IMG/VR virus record: IMGVR_UViG_3300018494_000083
DNA: 64,000 nt
Source of the DNA: a virus
Taxonomy: Duplodnaviria > Caudoviricetes
Strand: one strand, 5' to 3'
The notes under the pieces were generated by a model. That model was not told the DNA's origin and did not search any database. It worked only from the letters and a program-made list of their open reading frames with translations. A program made the translations under genes and the position numbers. Each line of letters opens with the position of its first letter. The first letter of the stretch is position 1. Positions 48,612 to 59,886 of this stretch are shown piece after piece.

Positions 48612-49268
48612 ATGCATATCTTTGTAGAAAAACATAATCCTGACGAAATCGTAGGCTCTTATCTTCTGGATATCAAAACGAGTGGACCAAGTGATGATCT
48701 TGCTATCGCTCGCTGTGCATCTAAGTTTTACTATATAGTCAATTACAAAGCCGCTCAGAATGCTCTCATTGAGAGAAACTTCGATCTCATTCCACAGTAT
48801 TCAAATATCTACAGAACCGGAGATGAGTTCAGACATTCTGGTAAGTTTATGGTAGATATCACGAATCTTTATGATATTGTCAGAGCCATCGCCCAGTGCA
48901 ATGGAAAGATCAATCTTGCACCTAAGAGAAAGCTCTTTGATCCTGAACTGCTTAAGAAAGATGATCGTATTCTCGTATTCAGTAGTGGAGCTTGCTTTAC
49001 GATCTATGATACCATAGATAAAGAGAATCCTGTAGTTCCTGGTGACTTTGCGATGCTTTATATCGTTCACCAACTCTTCGATGTTATTAATCAGTTCAAT
49101 TACCGTAACGAAGGTATGAAGTATTTGAACAAGTCGAATATTGCAGCCGATAGAATGCAACAGATCCAGATCATTAATCTTCAGAAAGCCTATGAAAGTA
49201 ATGCTACTAAAGAAGACGCTGAGGCGAGACTTCTTTACCGTACATACCAAGAACACTTGAATTTTTAA
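48612..49268 (+). CDS. Hypothetical protein
   Basis: 218 aa, AAGGAG RBS, terminator downstream. Confidence 0.75.
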   Translation: MHIFVEKHNPDEIVGSYLLDIKTSGPSDDLAIARCASKFYYIVNYKAAQNALIERNFDLIPQYSNIYRTGDEFRHSGKFMVDITNLYDIVRAIAQCNGKINLAPKRKLFDPELLKKDDRILVFSSGACFTIYDTIDKENPVVPGDFAMLYIVHQLFDVINQFNYRNEGMKYLNKSNIAADRMQQIQIINLQKAYESNATKEDAEARLLYRTYQEHLNF

Positions 49269-49274
49269 ACAGAT

Positions 49275-49302
49275 ATAGAGGTACTTCGAGTACCTCTATT
49301 TT
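49275..49302 (+). terminator. Intrinsic terminator
   Basis: ATAGAGGTAC-ttcga-GTACCTCTAT + T-tract. Confidence 0.8.
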
Positions 49303-49390
49303 TGTCCCCATTTTTGATTAGGGCTATACATTATAGTAGTGATATTAGATGATAGTCAAACAATATCAATTCATATATAGGAGGTTTACA

Positions 49391-50709
49391 ATGGCAAAGA
49401 AACTACCTAAAAACCCACCTCGAATTAATGCCTTTAAAGCTGATATTCGAGAGACGCCGTTTAAAGAACGGCAGCGTGTTGTCAAGTCGGTGACACTTGA
49501 CATCATTAACTTCGATGAGGAATATAAGAAAGACCTCAAAGAAGGAAAAGGCTTCTTGATCACAAACGAAGAAGACTTTAATGAGAAGACGGGTACTCGA
49601 ACCATGGATGGTTTGTATAGCCCGATCTATGGTATCTCTTCTTTCTCCGATAAGATCACTGATGATTACTATCGTTGTGATTGTGGAGAAACAACCGGTT
49701 CACTCTCTGAGGGTGATATCTGCCCGAGTTGTGGAACTGAGGTACAATTCATCGATACAGGATTGGATGTATTCGGTTACATTCCTCTTGGTAATTTTAT
49801 TATCATCAACCCTGCGATGTATACTCTGTTGGCTAAACTGATCGGCGAGAAAGATCTTCAGCTCATCATCAAGTTTAATAATAAGTACAATGTAAGCGGA
49901 AAGAATGTCTCCACTAAGACAAAGTCTAGCCCTTATCACGGTATCGGTATTATTAAATTCAAGGAAGACTTTGATGAGATTGTCTCATACTATCGAGACA
50001 AGAGAAAGCAACCTGAGACTTATGACATCATCATGAAGTTCAAGGACTCTGCATTCGCTCATCATATCCCTGTATATAGCAGCCTTCTCCGTCCTCTTGT
50101 TAAGGACGATTCTAAAATTTCTATGGTAGATGACAATAAGTCGTATTCTATCATTCTTGCAAATGCCAATTCCATTCGTTCTTCTGAAATCCCTGGTGTC
50201 GATAAGACAATCATCTTCGAGAACTCACTCTTCGAAATCCAGTCTGAGTTTAATAAGATTTACAAAGATATCATCGATCTCAGTCTTTCCACTAAGAAGG
50301 GTGTTATTCGTGGACAGGTAACTTGTAACCGTGTCGACTATTCTGGTCGTTGTGTTATCGTTCCTGCGACTGGTCATTCGGTAGACGAAGTATCAATGCC
50401 CTATGCAATGGGTGTTGAGATGATGAGACCTCTTATCATCCGTGCTCTTTCGAAGACAAAAGACATCTCGGTGAGAGAAGCTAACTCTGAAGTAGATGCA
50501 GCTCTCAGAAGATTTAATAAAGGCATTTGGTTTATTATGAATCATATAATCATGAAATCCCATAATCCTCCCCAAGTCATGGTACAGCGTTCTCCTTCGT
50601 TGTTACAAGAGTCTATGCGTTTGATGAGAATCAAATGTATTAAACCTGACTTCCATGATTTGACTTTGGATGTTCCTACTGGCATTCTTGACTATATGGG
50701 TGCAGACTT
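49391..50709 (+). CDS. RNA polymerase beta' N-terminal subunit, exon 1 (probably non-virion RNAP)
   Basis: Zn finger CDCG...CPSCG, RVDYSGRCVIVP, QRSPSL; ends GADF. GGAGG RBS before ATG 49391; early motif at 49325. Confidence 0.88.
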
Positions 50710-52135
50710 TAACTAAACCCGTCGGAGTCTGTGAAGTGGTGACACTTCTGGTAAAACGCTACTGAATTGCGGGGACCTGACTTAATCTATATTTACTAAA
50801 CCGAATGGTGACATATCGGCGGCTTGAATTAACTACTCAAGGAATAGTAAAAAGAATATAGATGTCACAATCCGCAGCGAAGATTCCCAAGTGGAATAAC
50901 GTTCAACGGTCATCGAAAGTATAGTGTACTAGGGATAGTTACATGAATAAACGAGTAGAGTAGGGCTCACAATATGGTGTGAGTGGGCGAGACACCCTTA
51001 AATCGAAGTGGTAGCAGTCTCATTCATCTAGAACAGATGCTTGAGATATAAGATATGATCTAGTTACAAATTAAATTACTTAAATGCAAATAATTTTATG
51101 GGAGGTATTCACATATGAAAGGTGAAACGATAAGTGGAAGATATCATTATCATTATGAACGCCGTCCCTGTGTTTACAAAATCGAAAATAGTGTAAATGG
51201 TAAAGTATATATTGGATCAACAAAATACCCTGATCAGAGGGTATTGCAACATAAACGTTTAGGTGAAACATGGAATCATCGAAAGCAACAAGATGATAGA
51301 TTTCTTCCATCCACAAGCTTATATCAAGAAATATATGAGTATGGATGGGATAAGTTTACATTTGAAATTGTGGAAGATGTCCCAATTATCTCAACTATGC
51401 CAGAGTATGGATATAATGATATTCTTACAGATTGCGAGGACCGATGGTTAACATTTTACATCGATCAGCTCGGAGTAAGTAATGTCTATAATAAGACACT
51501 CAGAGCTTATAGAACAAAGGAGCTATCGGATGAGCATAGACGAGCAATATCTGAGGCAGCTATGGGTCGCAGACAATCAAATGATACCAAGAGAAATAGG
51601 GGAACTCGAGTAATCGCAATCAATGTGTATACCAATGAAGCCATCATTGCAGATACTGGTAAGCAACTTGGTGATTATTTTATTTCCTCTGGCAGAAATA
51701 ATGGACAGGCATCTGGGAAAGATATCATTAAGAATAAATTAAAACGCCATCAATTATTATTCGGTGAGTGGTTTTTATATTATTGCGATCCCGAAAAAAG
51801 AGAGCGTGAGTATGGTAAGATTGATAATAAAGAATCCTATACAAAAGGAATTTTATATTATGAAATTCTTAAATACTTAATGGATACTCCAGAAGAGGAA
51901 TGGTCCACAAAATATAATATACATAATACATCATATGATACACTATTATCCGAATTAGAAACCAGAGATGGATGTTATATAACACATTCAAGAAATAGTA
52001 GATGTCAATCTAATAATTACAACCCAACAAGCAGCATGCTTGAAAAATACGGTAAAACAATATCTAAAGCATTTAAGTGATTTATACTAAAAGGTCACCA
52101 TGAGGGATACATTTCACTTATGGTGATACTTTTGG
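50710..52135 (+). mobile_element. Group I intron splitting the DFDGD catalytic motif
   Basis: P1 pairing of exon CAGACTT with GAGTCTG. Core elements P AATTGCGGGGA (50765), Q AATCCGCAGC (50869), R TTCAACGGTCAT (50902), S AAGATATGATCT (51050). Ends in G; splicing restores GAC TTT GAT GGG GAT. Confidence 0.88.
51115..52080 (+). CDS. Intron-encoded GIY-YIG homing endonuclease
   Basis: CVYKIENSVNGKVYIGST...R...H, FTFEIVE, E...YN, then a NUMOD-like LSDEHRRAISEA. GGAGG RBS. Confidence 0.88.
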   Translation: MKGETISGRYHYHYERRPCVYKIENSVNGKVYIGSTKYPDQRVLQHKRLGETWNHRKQQDDRFLPSTSLYQEIYEYGWDKFTFEIVEDVPIISTMPEYGYNDILTDCEDRWLTFYIDQLGVSNVYNKTLRAYRTKELSDEHRRAISEAAMGRRQSNDTKRNRGTRVIAINVYTNEAIIADTGKQLGDYFISSGRNNGQASGKDIIKNKLKRHQLLFGEWFLYYCDPEKREREYGKIDNKESYTKGILYYEILKYLMDTPEEEWSTKYNIHNTSYDTLLSELETRDGCYITHSRNSRCQSNNYNPTSSMLEKYGKTISKAFK

Positions 52136-52403
52136 TGATGGGGATACCTTCTCGATAATCATGATTTATGATAATCGCCTGAAGGAAGCTTGGGGGAATT
52201 TACATTCTCCTATTAACCATTTCATTTCGAGACATGACGGTATGTATTCGGGAGGTTGTGGCTTTATCAAGGATAGTGCAGTTACGTTATGTGAACTATG
52301 GAGACTTGGAAAGAACGGAACCTACTACGAGTATCATGCAACAGAAACTGAAAGGAACCAGTATCTGTCGTCTCTTGAAATGAATACTAATACAAGAAAA
52401 TAA
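52136..52403 (+). CDS. RNA polymerase beta' N-terminal subunit, exon 2
   Basis: T|GAT GGG GAT ACC TTC TCG ATA ATC ATG continues in frame into the 52161-52403 ORF (HSPINHFISRHDG). Confidence 0.85.
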
Positions 52404-52427
52404 ATAACCTGATTGGAGAAATAACTT

Positions 52428-53090
52428 ATGGATAAGTTTGACGGAAAAGTGCTTAGTGCACTTGAGAATCTCGAGAAAGCAGGTGTGATAACAAGCACAC
52501 CTGCTGATCCTTTTAAATACGTGGCAGATGTGTATTTTAACGATGGTACAGAAATCATTCTTCCCTTTGAGACTATGAATAAAGAAGATTATAGATCGGC
52601 ATTTAGAGCCGTTTGTGAGATTCTGGATAGTAGTGATGAGTATAAATCTCATGGTAAGTATATCGTAGGGAGTATCCGCGAGAATAACGATCCCGATCCT
52701 CTGAGTACTATTAACAACGATGAAAAGTTTGATAAATACCTCACTGAGCAGAATGATACTGTAGATAATGCTGCTATGGCTCTTATCAATGCTCTTTCGA
52801 GAACAGATGCGTCTTCCTGGAATATGGAATATATCGGTGCAGTTGTTGATGCAGCTGTAATGGCTCTTCGTAAGTATGATATTGAATGTTGTTATCCTTA
52901 CTATAGCACCGAATCTATTGAGTCTGAAGAAACCAATGGACAACCTAGCATTCCATATGGGCTTACTGAGACGCCCTGCTACAGAGACGGTGTTCTCTGT
53001 GATTATGCGGGAGATAAATGTAAGTTTTGTCAGGAGAATGCATTAACTAAGACATTTGATAATATTACGAAAGTGAGGGAAGTTAAATGA
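52428..53090 (+). CDS. Hypothetical protein
   Basis: 220 aa, Cys cluster near the C-terminus. Confidence 0.7.
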   Translation: MDKFDGKVLSALENLEKAGVITSTPADPFKYVADVYFNDGTEIILPFETMNKEDYRSAFRAVCEILDSSDEYKSHGKYIVGSIRENNDPDPLSTINNDEKFDKYLTEQNDTVDNAAMALINALSRTDASSWNMEYIGAVVDAAVMALRKYDIECCYPYYSTESIESEETNGQPSIPYGLTETPCYRDGVLCDYAGDKCKFCQENALTKTFDNITKVREVK

Positions 53091-53725
53091 GTTACATTCA
53101 CAAGATAACAGGAGATGTTTATCATGATATTCAGTCTGATGATGCTCGAGATGATTTCTTTGAGTGTGATGAATTGATTGCTCCTATCATTTCTATTCTT
53201 AACAAGAAAGGTTTCAAGACTCAGTTCTGTTGCTCGGGTCATGCATATCCAACGATCGAGGATTATTATGCAAAAGAAACCTGCAAGATTGATCTTAATA
53301 ATGATAGAATTGCTAAGATCATCACTAGACGTGGAAATGATACTGTCACTAAGATTTCTAAGGTAAATATTGTTGCTGATGCTTCTCCTTTTTCGACAAA
53401 CTTTACAATTGTTGAACATGAAGAGATGAAAAATGTAACATACATTTACTTTGATAGAGAGTTACCTTGGTCTTATTTCCCTCCTCTTCCCAAAGGATGG
53501 GTAATTGAACTTGCACCTTGTGGAGATGGTGATGTGATTCGATATAGCGGACCTTGGGAGGGATCTAATCTTAGCATCGATGGTTTTGAGAAACTTGAAA
53601 TGATTTTCAAAGCAATGCGAGATCTCTACAAATGGGCTGTTAGCCTTGATCTGTATGGTGTATATATCGATAAACTACACGAAGATGCAAGAAACCAATT
53701 ACCTTCGGAATCTGAAGAAGAATGA
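53087..53725 (+). CDS. Hypothetical protein with GFKTQFCCSGH motif
   Basis: 212 aa, ATGA-coupled to the previous gene. Confidence 0.7.
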   Translation: MSYIHKITGDVYHDIQSDDARDDFFECDELIAPIISILNKKGFKTQFCCSGHAYPTIEDYYAKETCKIDLNNDRIAKIITRRGNDTVTKISKVNIVADASPFSTNFTIVEHEEMKNVTYIYFDRELPWSYFPPLPKGWVIELAPCGDGDVIRYSGPWEGSNLSIDGFEKLEMIFKAMRDLYKWAVSLDLYGVYIDKLHEDARNQLPSESEEE

Positions 53726-54195
53726 AAGTAGCCACAAGTTATTTCTACCAAATAAGATTCTTCAAACCAAATATGATCCCAGTTAGTACAGCTATCTGGG
53801 ATCCTAAATGGTACTATCAAAAGAATGGTAGAACGAGAACTTATAAAGATAGTAGAGGAATCTATAATGGCATTCGAGCAGAGTTTCTTAATCCATCTGG
53901 AATCCCTGCTGATGTGGAATGTCATGGAACAAACGGCTGTCGATTTGTAGGTAGCTATTGTCCATTCCTTGAGGCTTACAAGAATAAACTAAATAGTTTG
54001 GATTTTGATATCGTCATGTCTAAACTTCAGGGAGTTGCCAATAAGATACAGAATGCTGAAGGGTTTGAAGAAGAGCCTATTATTGTATTGATGGTTCATG
54101 AGAAGCCTGGAGTAAGCTGTAGTGAACGAGCAACCATTCAAGAATACTTTAAGTCTCATGGAGTAGAATGTGAAGAGCTATCTTATCCTATCTGA
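53722..54195 (+). CDS. Hypothetical protein, DUF488-like
   Basis: ATSYFY N-terminus and VLMVHEKPGVSCSER C-terminus resemble phage DUF488-type proteins. Confidence 0.45.
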   Translation: MKVATSYFYQIRFFKPNMIPVSTAIWDPKWYYQKNGRTRTYKDSRGIYNGIRAEFLNPSGIPADVECHGTNGCRFVGSYCPFLEAYKNKLNSLDFDIVMSKLQGVANKIQNAEGFEEEPIIVLMVHEKPGVSCSERATIQEYFKSHGVECEELSYPI

Positions 54196-54245
54196 TTTTT
54201 GTGTATGGAATCGATTAACTTATACATTATAAAGATGAGGAGGAG

Positions 54246-54650
54246 ATGTTAAGTATGAAAGATGGACTTACTTGGTATCGAATTTATCGAAGACTCTGCA
54301 CTGAATTGGATATTATGTTTCCATTAAAACAGTCTGAAATATCTCCGAGAGTTAATCCGATACCTAATAATCTTGAGTTCCATGCTAAGCATGCAAGTAA
54401 AAAAGAGGTCGATGATAACATAACTGCGATCTCAAAGGTCTACTTCAAGTTATATAAAAATCTTGGAGAAGATGAATTCTGGAGGTTAACGGAGGAAACT
54501 CCAACCTTCGCTTTACGGTGTATGGAACACCCTGACCGTAGAGTAAACATAAGCACTGTCGCCTCGATCTTATATCTCTCTGGATATAAAGGCGACACCC
54601 TGTACACAAAATCATTAAATTATTTAAAAGGAGAACGAAACAATGCTTAA
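54246..54650 (+). CDS. Hypothetical protein
   Basis: 134 aa, GAGGAGG RBS, early motif at 54221. Confidence 0.65.
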   Translation: MLSMKDGLTWYRIYRRLCTELDIMFPLKQSEISPRVNPIPNNLEFHAKHASKKEVDDNITAISKVYFKLYKNLGEDEFWRLTEETPTFALRCMEHPDRRVNISTVASILYLSGYKGDTLYTKSLNYLKGERNNA

Positions 54651-55443
54651 ACTCACCAACACCAATTTCAGCGCTGAGAACGATCGTCTTCTCGCTCTCA
54701 AGAACATCGTAGCAGGCGTTCAGGAAGAAGTAAACGCAATCAATGTTGCTCTTCTGATGCTTCATGCGCACAACAGCGAGTCCGATGATTTCACTCCCAA
54801 TGAGATCTTCATCACTCTTCCCAACAAGCCTTTGAGCTTGTATGTTTATTCGAGAAAGCGTAACATGCTCACCTCGAGAGAACCTATCAGCATGCTCCAG
54901 TTCTACAACATGTGCATCAATGAGATTCCCAAGTTCACTAAGATGGACTTCCTCATTGACTACACAACTCTTGAGAACGCATACAAGACTCTCTGTCTCT
55001 ATGTATGTGATGAGACCAAGAGATTCGGTAATATCATCAACAAGACTCTCGATGAGAACGGTTTCGTAAACTTCATCGACGGCGTATATGATATCAGAAC
55101 CGGTAAGCGTGCAAACTTCCTGTTCCCGTTCGGCTATCAGATTCAGATGCCTGGTACTACTCTCATTCCTAAGCTTGCATCTGCTGCGGCTAAGATGGCA
55201 GCTAAACTCAACAATGAGTTTGAGCTTGAAGAGGACGACAGAGAAACCAAGGATACTGTGCTTACTGCAATTGCACAGGATCTTAAGGATCTCGAGAACT
55301 TCTACTATGACGAGGTAGATTTCAACTCTGTCAAGGCAGATTCCGATGCACTTGCTGAGGCACTTTGTGAGTGCTACTATAAGGAATATTACCTTGATGA
55401 CGATGATGAATCGTCTGACTACGACGACGAGTTCTGGGGTTAA
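54643..55443 (+). CDS. Hypothetical protein with acidic C-terminus
   Basis: 266 aa, AAGGAG RBS, strong codon bias. Confidence 0.75.
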   Translation: MLKLTNTNFSAENDRLLALKNIVAGVQEEVNAINVALLMLHAHNSESDDFTPNEIFITLPNKPLSLYVYSRKRNMLTSREPISMLQFYNMCINEIPKFTKMDFLIDYTTLENAYKTLCLYVCDETKRFGNIINKTLDENGFVNFIDGVYDIRTGKRANFLFPFGYQIQMPGTTLIPKLASAAAKMAAKLNNEFELEEDDRETKDTVLTAIAQDLKDLENFYYDEVDFNSVKADSDALAEALCECYYKEYYLDDDDESSDYDDEFWG

Positions 55444-55454
55444 TTAAATAAAAT

Positions 55455-55481
55455 TAAGGGGATGTTTCGGCATCCCCTTAA
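55455..55481 (+). terminator. Hairpin/terminator
   Basis: TAAGGGGATG-tttcgg-CATCCCCTTA. Confidence 0.7.
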
Positions 55482-55506
55482 ATAATTTTTTTATTAGGAG
55501 TCAAAA

Positions 55507-56064
55507 ATGAACTATAGTGTAAATACAATCAAAAGAGGAGCAATCAGCCTTACCATATACAAGATGGATGTCGAAGCAATACAGTCCATGTATGACAATA
55601 TCAGTGATAATGAGTCTCCTCTTCGTCATATGGGATTCCATCTTGCTGATGTGATGGGACTTATGCAGTATCATAATCGTGGTAAATCTACCATGATCAA
55701 GGTGGCAGAAATCAGTTGCCCTGGTCTTGAAGTTCTCACTCTCAGAATGCTTAAGGAGATCCGTCAAATTATCGTTGAGAATATCGACGAAGATACAGCT
55801 CTCATTACACGATATGGTCTTGTTGGAAGAGATCTTGCTCATCAGAGAAATCATGTATTTGAGGCTCTTGGTTTTAAGGATCTCAATTTCTTCTGTACTC
55901 TCGAGAATAGCACAGTTGATATTTACCCGAATACCATTGGTCTCGAGCTTATCCATCTTGCACAGGAACTCAACTTCGATAAGTATGATACTTATGCGAA
56001 GACCGAGAACATTGTCATCTTTGATAAATTCGACTATCAACCCGAGAAACACAAAAGAGATTAA
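55507..56064 (+). CDS. Hypothetical protein
   Basis: 185 aa, AGGAG RBS. Confidence 0.7.
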   Translation: MNYSVNTIKRGAISLTIYKMDVEAIQSMYDNISDNESPLRHMGFHLADVMGLMQYHNRGKSTMIKVAEISCPGLEVLTLRMLKEIRQIIVENIDEDTALITRYGLVGRDLAHQRNHVFEALGFKDLNFFCTLENSTVDIYPNTIGLELIHLAQELNFDKYDTYAKTENIVIFDKFDYQPEKHKRD

Positions 56065-56066
56065 TC

Positions 56067-56987
56067 ATGAAATTCAAATTCGATCGTATATTTCATATGG
56101 AAGAGTTTATCGATCCAACTTACAAGACTCGTTTTGTAAGAGTTGGAGAATGTCATCAAGAAGAAGTTAGCACTGTCTATATTGATCTTGATAAAGTTCA
56201 TGATAAAGTTATTCTTCCATTAGTGTGTGATCTGGAGGAGATTTCAAGGCATTTACCGAAACGACACAAGTTACAGGTTGAACTTGTATATCCTAATACT
56301 TATTATCTCACTTTTCATAAGGCAGATTACAGAGGATTTGCAGTAATTGCCTATGATGCTCAAGAGGCTGATGAGATAATTTACTCTGCTGAATTTAAGT
56401 TCACAAAGTTCTGTCGAGCATTTGTCGAAGCGGATCCTTTTGTGGATTATATAGATCCTGAATTAGATTCACCTATGATAGATGTGATCGATCGTCTTTG
56501 CGGACATCCAAGATATCAGAAGTTTGCAGTCGATTATAAACAAGATCCTGGTGATCTGAGATATGCTTGCGATACACTTATCAAGAAAGGATACTCAGTA
56601 ATCGAGTTCTTTCAAGGATGTATATATTCAGCAGATGGAGATCGTATAGGGATTGCAGAAGGTGAGGATATTATATATTCTACACAAACCTCGATAACTA
56701 CCAATGTTCCATATGCTTCTTGTAAGCCTGGTATACATGTGACTTTTTCGAAAGACAAATTTGGGAAGAATATCTATTCTGCAAAGGATATGAAACTTCC
56801 ATATTGTCCAGAGATAAAGAAAGCAAAATACCTGTTTATGAATAATATGCTCCAAAAGAAGATGTATGTGAACTGGTGTCTTGCGGTAGATGCTTTAAAC
56901 GAGCAATTCGATCGATGCCTTCCGAATAAGGGTAGTGAAGATAGCGATAAACCTCATCTAAAACTACCCATCGGAACATTCCTATAA
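56067..56987 (+). CDS. Hypothetical protein
   Basis: 306 aa. Confidence 0.7.
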   Translation: MKFKFDRIFHMEEFIDPTYKTRFVRVGECHQEEVSTVYIDLDKVHDKVILPLVCDLEEISRHLPKRHKLQVELVYPNTYYLTFHKADYRGFAVIAYDAQEADEIIYSAEFKFTKFCRAFVEADPFVDYIDPELDSPMIDVIDRLCGHPRYQKFAVDYKQDPGDLRYACDTLIKKGYSVIEFFQGCIYSADGDRIGIAEGEDIIYSTQTSITTNVPYASCKPGIHVTFSKDKFGKNIYSAKDMKLPYCPEIKKAKYLFMNNMLQKKMYVNWCLAVDALNEQFDRCLPNKGSEDSDKPHLKLPIGTFL

Positions 56988-57014
56988 TATCAATTAGCAT
57001 AGGAGGTACTTTAA

Positions 57015-58310
57015 ATGGATACACCTTCCAACATGGCTATTCCAAGAGTTGAAAGAGAAGTGGTTGACCATTACTTTAAAACGATTGTGTCCTTCTCTCA
57101 TATGATGGGATCTATTACGGGAATCGTTAGTGATTATATCACATCGGCATTCGGTAAAGGATATATTAAAACCATCTGGAACACACTCGAAGAGCCATTT
57201 TCCCAGAGATCCAAAGGGTTCAGAGATTTAATGCTCAAACCCAGACCGATCATGATCATAAATCCTAAGTTCGATCCTTCTGAAGAGGCGGACTTTAGAC
57301 CTATCTCTGAGTTCGACAATGAAATTGCTAACGATCCCAGAGATGATATACAGTTTGGTTTAAGAGGTGCTCAGCTTCTTACCGAACGAGAAAACTTCCA
57401 GCTCTGGTTCAGAATGAGAAGATATACAATGAGCTTCGAAATCAGCTTTATATTCGATTCTGATGCACAGAGAATTCAGTGTCAGCGTTACATTCGTGAT
57501 AACATTCGTCATAGAATGCACATCACTACAAGAAGATATGTTGAGAACTATCTCCCTGCTGAGTATATGCAAGCTATCGCTGATATGAATCAGATGGATA
57601 TCAAGTCCCCAGAGTTTGAAGAGTTCCTGAATATTACATCAGGAGCACCTATCAGATATAGATATCGAACCGGTTCTGGTAATGACGAGTTCTTTGCAAC
57701 TCTCGCCACCCCGATTCAGATGCTATTCCAAGAAGGACCTTCCAGTAACGGTCCTGTCAAGAGAGGAGGCATTGTAGTCTCTTCTTCGTTCAGTGAAAAT
57801 CTCGAAGTTGAATTTGTTGCAGCTTCGACTTATTTCTTACGAACCAATGTCAATATTGGTGATCCGATCCTACATTACCCTGGACTCTCTGATGGAGAGT
57901 TTAGTGTAGATGCTACTATGAAGACTGTTGCCGTTGATAACTTCTTCTCTATGGAAATTCCTGTCGGTGAAGATGTTGTGGGTAACTACTCGAAGTATAG
58001 AAATATCCATGTTCAAGCGGATAAGACTGGTGATGACCATCTTAATCTTAAAGAGCATATTAAAGAGACTGAAGTTCTCAATATGATCGATTTCTATACA
58101 CAACACGGGAAGCCTATTGACTTTGTACAAGTACTCGTCTATGAGGATCTTAACCAAGTAGATCCTGAAAGACTGGTGTATAACTCGAATACTCTCGATC
58201 TTACGATTCGTGACATGACGATCTATACAGACTATCATGTCATTATCTATATTGATCGAGTAAAAATAAACGAAATCAAAGATCAGCTTTTCAAGACTGA
58301 TCAATCCTAA
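57015..58310 (+). CDS. Putative virion structural protein
   Basis: 431 aa, AGGAGG RBS, late motif AACAttcctaTA at 56975. Confidence 0.55.
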   Translation: MDTPSNMAIPRVEREVVDHYFKTIVSFSHMMGSITGIVSDYITSAFGKGYIKTIWNTLEEPFSQRSKGFRDLMLKPRPIMIINPKFDPSEEADFRPISEFDNEIANDPRDDIQFGLRGAQLLTERENFQLWFRMRRYTMSFEISFIFDSDAQRIQCQRYIRDNIRHRMHITTRRYVENYLPAEYMQAIADMNQMDIKSPEFEEFLNITSGAPIRYRYRTGSGNDEFFATLATPIQMLFQEGPSSNGPVKRGGIVVSSSFSENLEVEFVAASTYFLRTNVNIGDPILHYPGLSDGEFSVDATMKTVAVDNFFSMEIPVGEDVVGNYSKYRNIHVQADKTGDDHLNLKEHIKETEVLNMIDFYTQHGKPIDFVQVLVYEDLNQVDPERLVYNSNTLDLTIRDMTIYTDYHVIIYIDRVKINEIKDQLFKTDQS

Positions 58311-58320
58311 GGAGTACACT

Positions 58321-59571
58321 ATGAATATTAGAGAATGTATCGAGCAGCAACTCGATAAGCAGATGCCTGTAGATCCTTATTTCCAGAGAATCAGGGCAGT
58401 TGGAACAACACAGATCGCAAGACCTAAAAACATCGCAGTTGACAGAATTACGGTCCCAATGACTCGTAACAATGTCAGCTTTGAATATGCACTCGAGGAG
58501 GTTCAGGCTACACAGAACCTTGGACAGTTCCTTGCAGATGTCTACTATCCTGTAGGAGATACCATCACTGTTATGGGTAGAGAGTGTACCATTCTCAACT
58601 ATGGTCAAGCTATGACTAACCCTTACGGAGTAATGAAAGGTTATTCTGTTGATGTACTTGTCGAATACAAGGATAATATCCCTGTTGGAACCAAGGTAAG
58701 TAATGAGGTAGTTGAGGCTGATGTTCTCAATGCACTTACCACTATGGTTCTCGCAAACAAACATATCCATGATCTTCTTCCTGGATATAACCAAGATCCG
58801 ATTACTATTATCGGAAATCCCGAAGGATATCAGGCGCTTGTTCATCAGGCAGTATCTCTCTGTCAGACTATCAATGATCGAATCATCTATGGTCTTTATC
58901 AGAAGGTAAAAGCATCCTCGGATACCGGTAATATTTCTCAGGTTCAGAAGGATGTTGATGATATGACTGATTATATCATAGGCGCACCTTCTTTTGGTAT
59001 GGTAGGTCCTTACGGTACCGAAGCCGTAAACGGTATGGCTTTCGTTAACTTCCTGTCTATGGTAGCCGACGAACATACCACTGAGAAGTATGCTAAACTC
59101 ATCTCGGTAAATCATGAGCTTATCACTAAGTTTGTGGTTAAGAAGACTGATACGCATATCTTCGTACTGATTAAGACACCCGACCCTGCAAGATACGATG
59201 CTGTTCTCATCATCAATTACGCCGGTAGAATGGTTGATGTTCTCAATCCTCATGCCGCTAAGCGTATTGCATACATCAATAAGAATCATGATATCGGTGA
59301 TGAACTCGATCTTCCGGTTCTTTTTGTTGATGCTCTTGCTGATGAAGAAACCACTAACAGCTGGAGAGTAATGACTGAGCTTATTAGTCTTCTGGCTTGG
59401 CAGAGAAATACCGCAGACACTACGGATCTTATACCCACCGATTATTATGCAGAATATGTGTTGAATACAATCAATGCTCTCGCTGCAGATGACGGTACAA
59501 TTCATTTCGAAAAGACTATCGGTTGCGATATCGGAACCTTTACTCTTGGAGATGAGACTGTTACATTCTGA
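58321..59571 (+). CDS. Hypothetical (probably late/virion) protein
   Basis: 416 aa, AAGGAG RBS, terminator downstream. Confidence 0.7.
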   Translation: MNIRECIEQQLDKQMPVDPYFQRIRAVGTTQIARPKNIAVDRITVPMTRNNVSFEYALEEVQATQNLGQFLADVYYPVGDTITVMGRECTILNYGQAMTNPYGVMKGYSVDVLVEYKDNIPVGTKVSNEVVEADVLNALTTMVLANKHIHDLLPGYNQDPITIIGNPEGYQALVHQAVSLCQTINDRIIYGLYQKVKASSDTGNISQVQKDVDDMTDYIIGAPSFGMVGPYGTEAVNGMAFVNFLSMVADEHTTEKYAKLISVNHELITKFVVKKTDTHIFVLIKTPDPARYDAVLIINYAGRMVDVLNPHAAKRIAYINKNHDIGDELDLPVLFVDALADEETTNSWRVMTELISLLAWQRNTADTTDLIPTDYYAEYVLNTINALAADDGTIHFEKTIGCDIGTFTLGDETVTF

Positions 59572-59579
59572 CCATGATT

Positions 59580-59611
59580 TGGGATAGGCAATTAAGCCTA
59601 TCCCATTTTTT
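59580..59611 (+). terminator. Intrinsic terminator
   Basis: TGGGATAGGC-aattaa-GCCTATCCCA + T6. Confidence 0.8.
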
Positions 59612-59700
59612 GTGTTTCGGAATGTCACAAATATACATTATAACGATGGTAGAAGAAGATTGGGTTACATAATTTTCACAAAGGAGGAAACCCAATTAAC

Positions 59701-59886
59701 ATGCTGGATCCCAATAATGCACCAGGTCAAGATGAGGAGAAGTATAATGACTTATTGTTATTTACTGCTGCTCTGGCTGTTTGTGCAAAGCGAAGAATAG
59801 ATGAACTATCTTCGAAAGATGAAACACAAAAACCTAATAACGAAATTACAAATAAGGAGAACAATCATGGGAAAGAAGAAAATTGA
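59701..59886 (+). CDS. Small hypothetical protein
   Basis: 61 aa, AAGGAGG upstream, early motif at 59632. Confidence 0.5.
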   Translation: MLDPNNAPGQDEEKYNDLLLFTAALAVCAKRRIDELSSKDETQKPNNEITNKENNHGKEEN

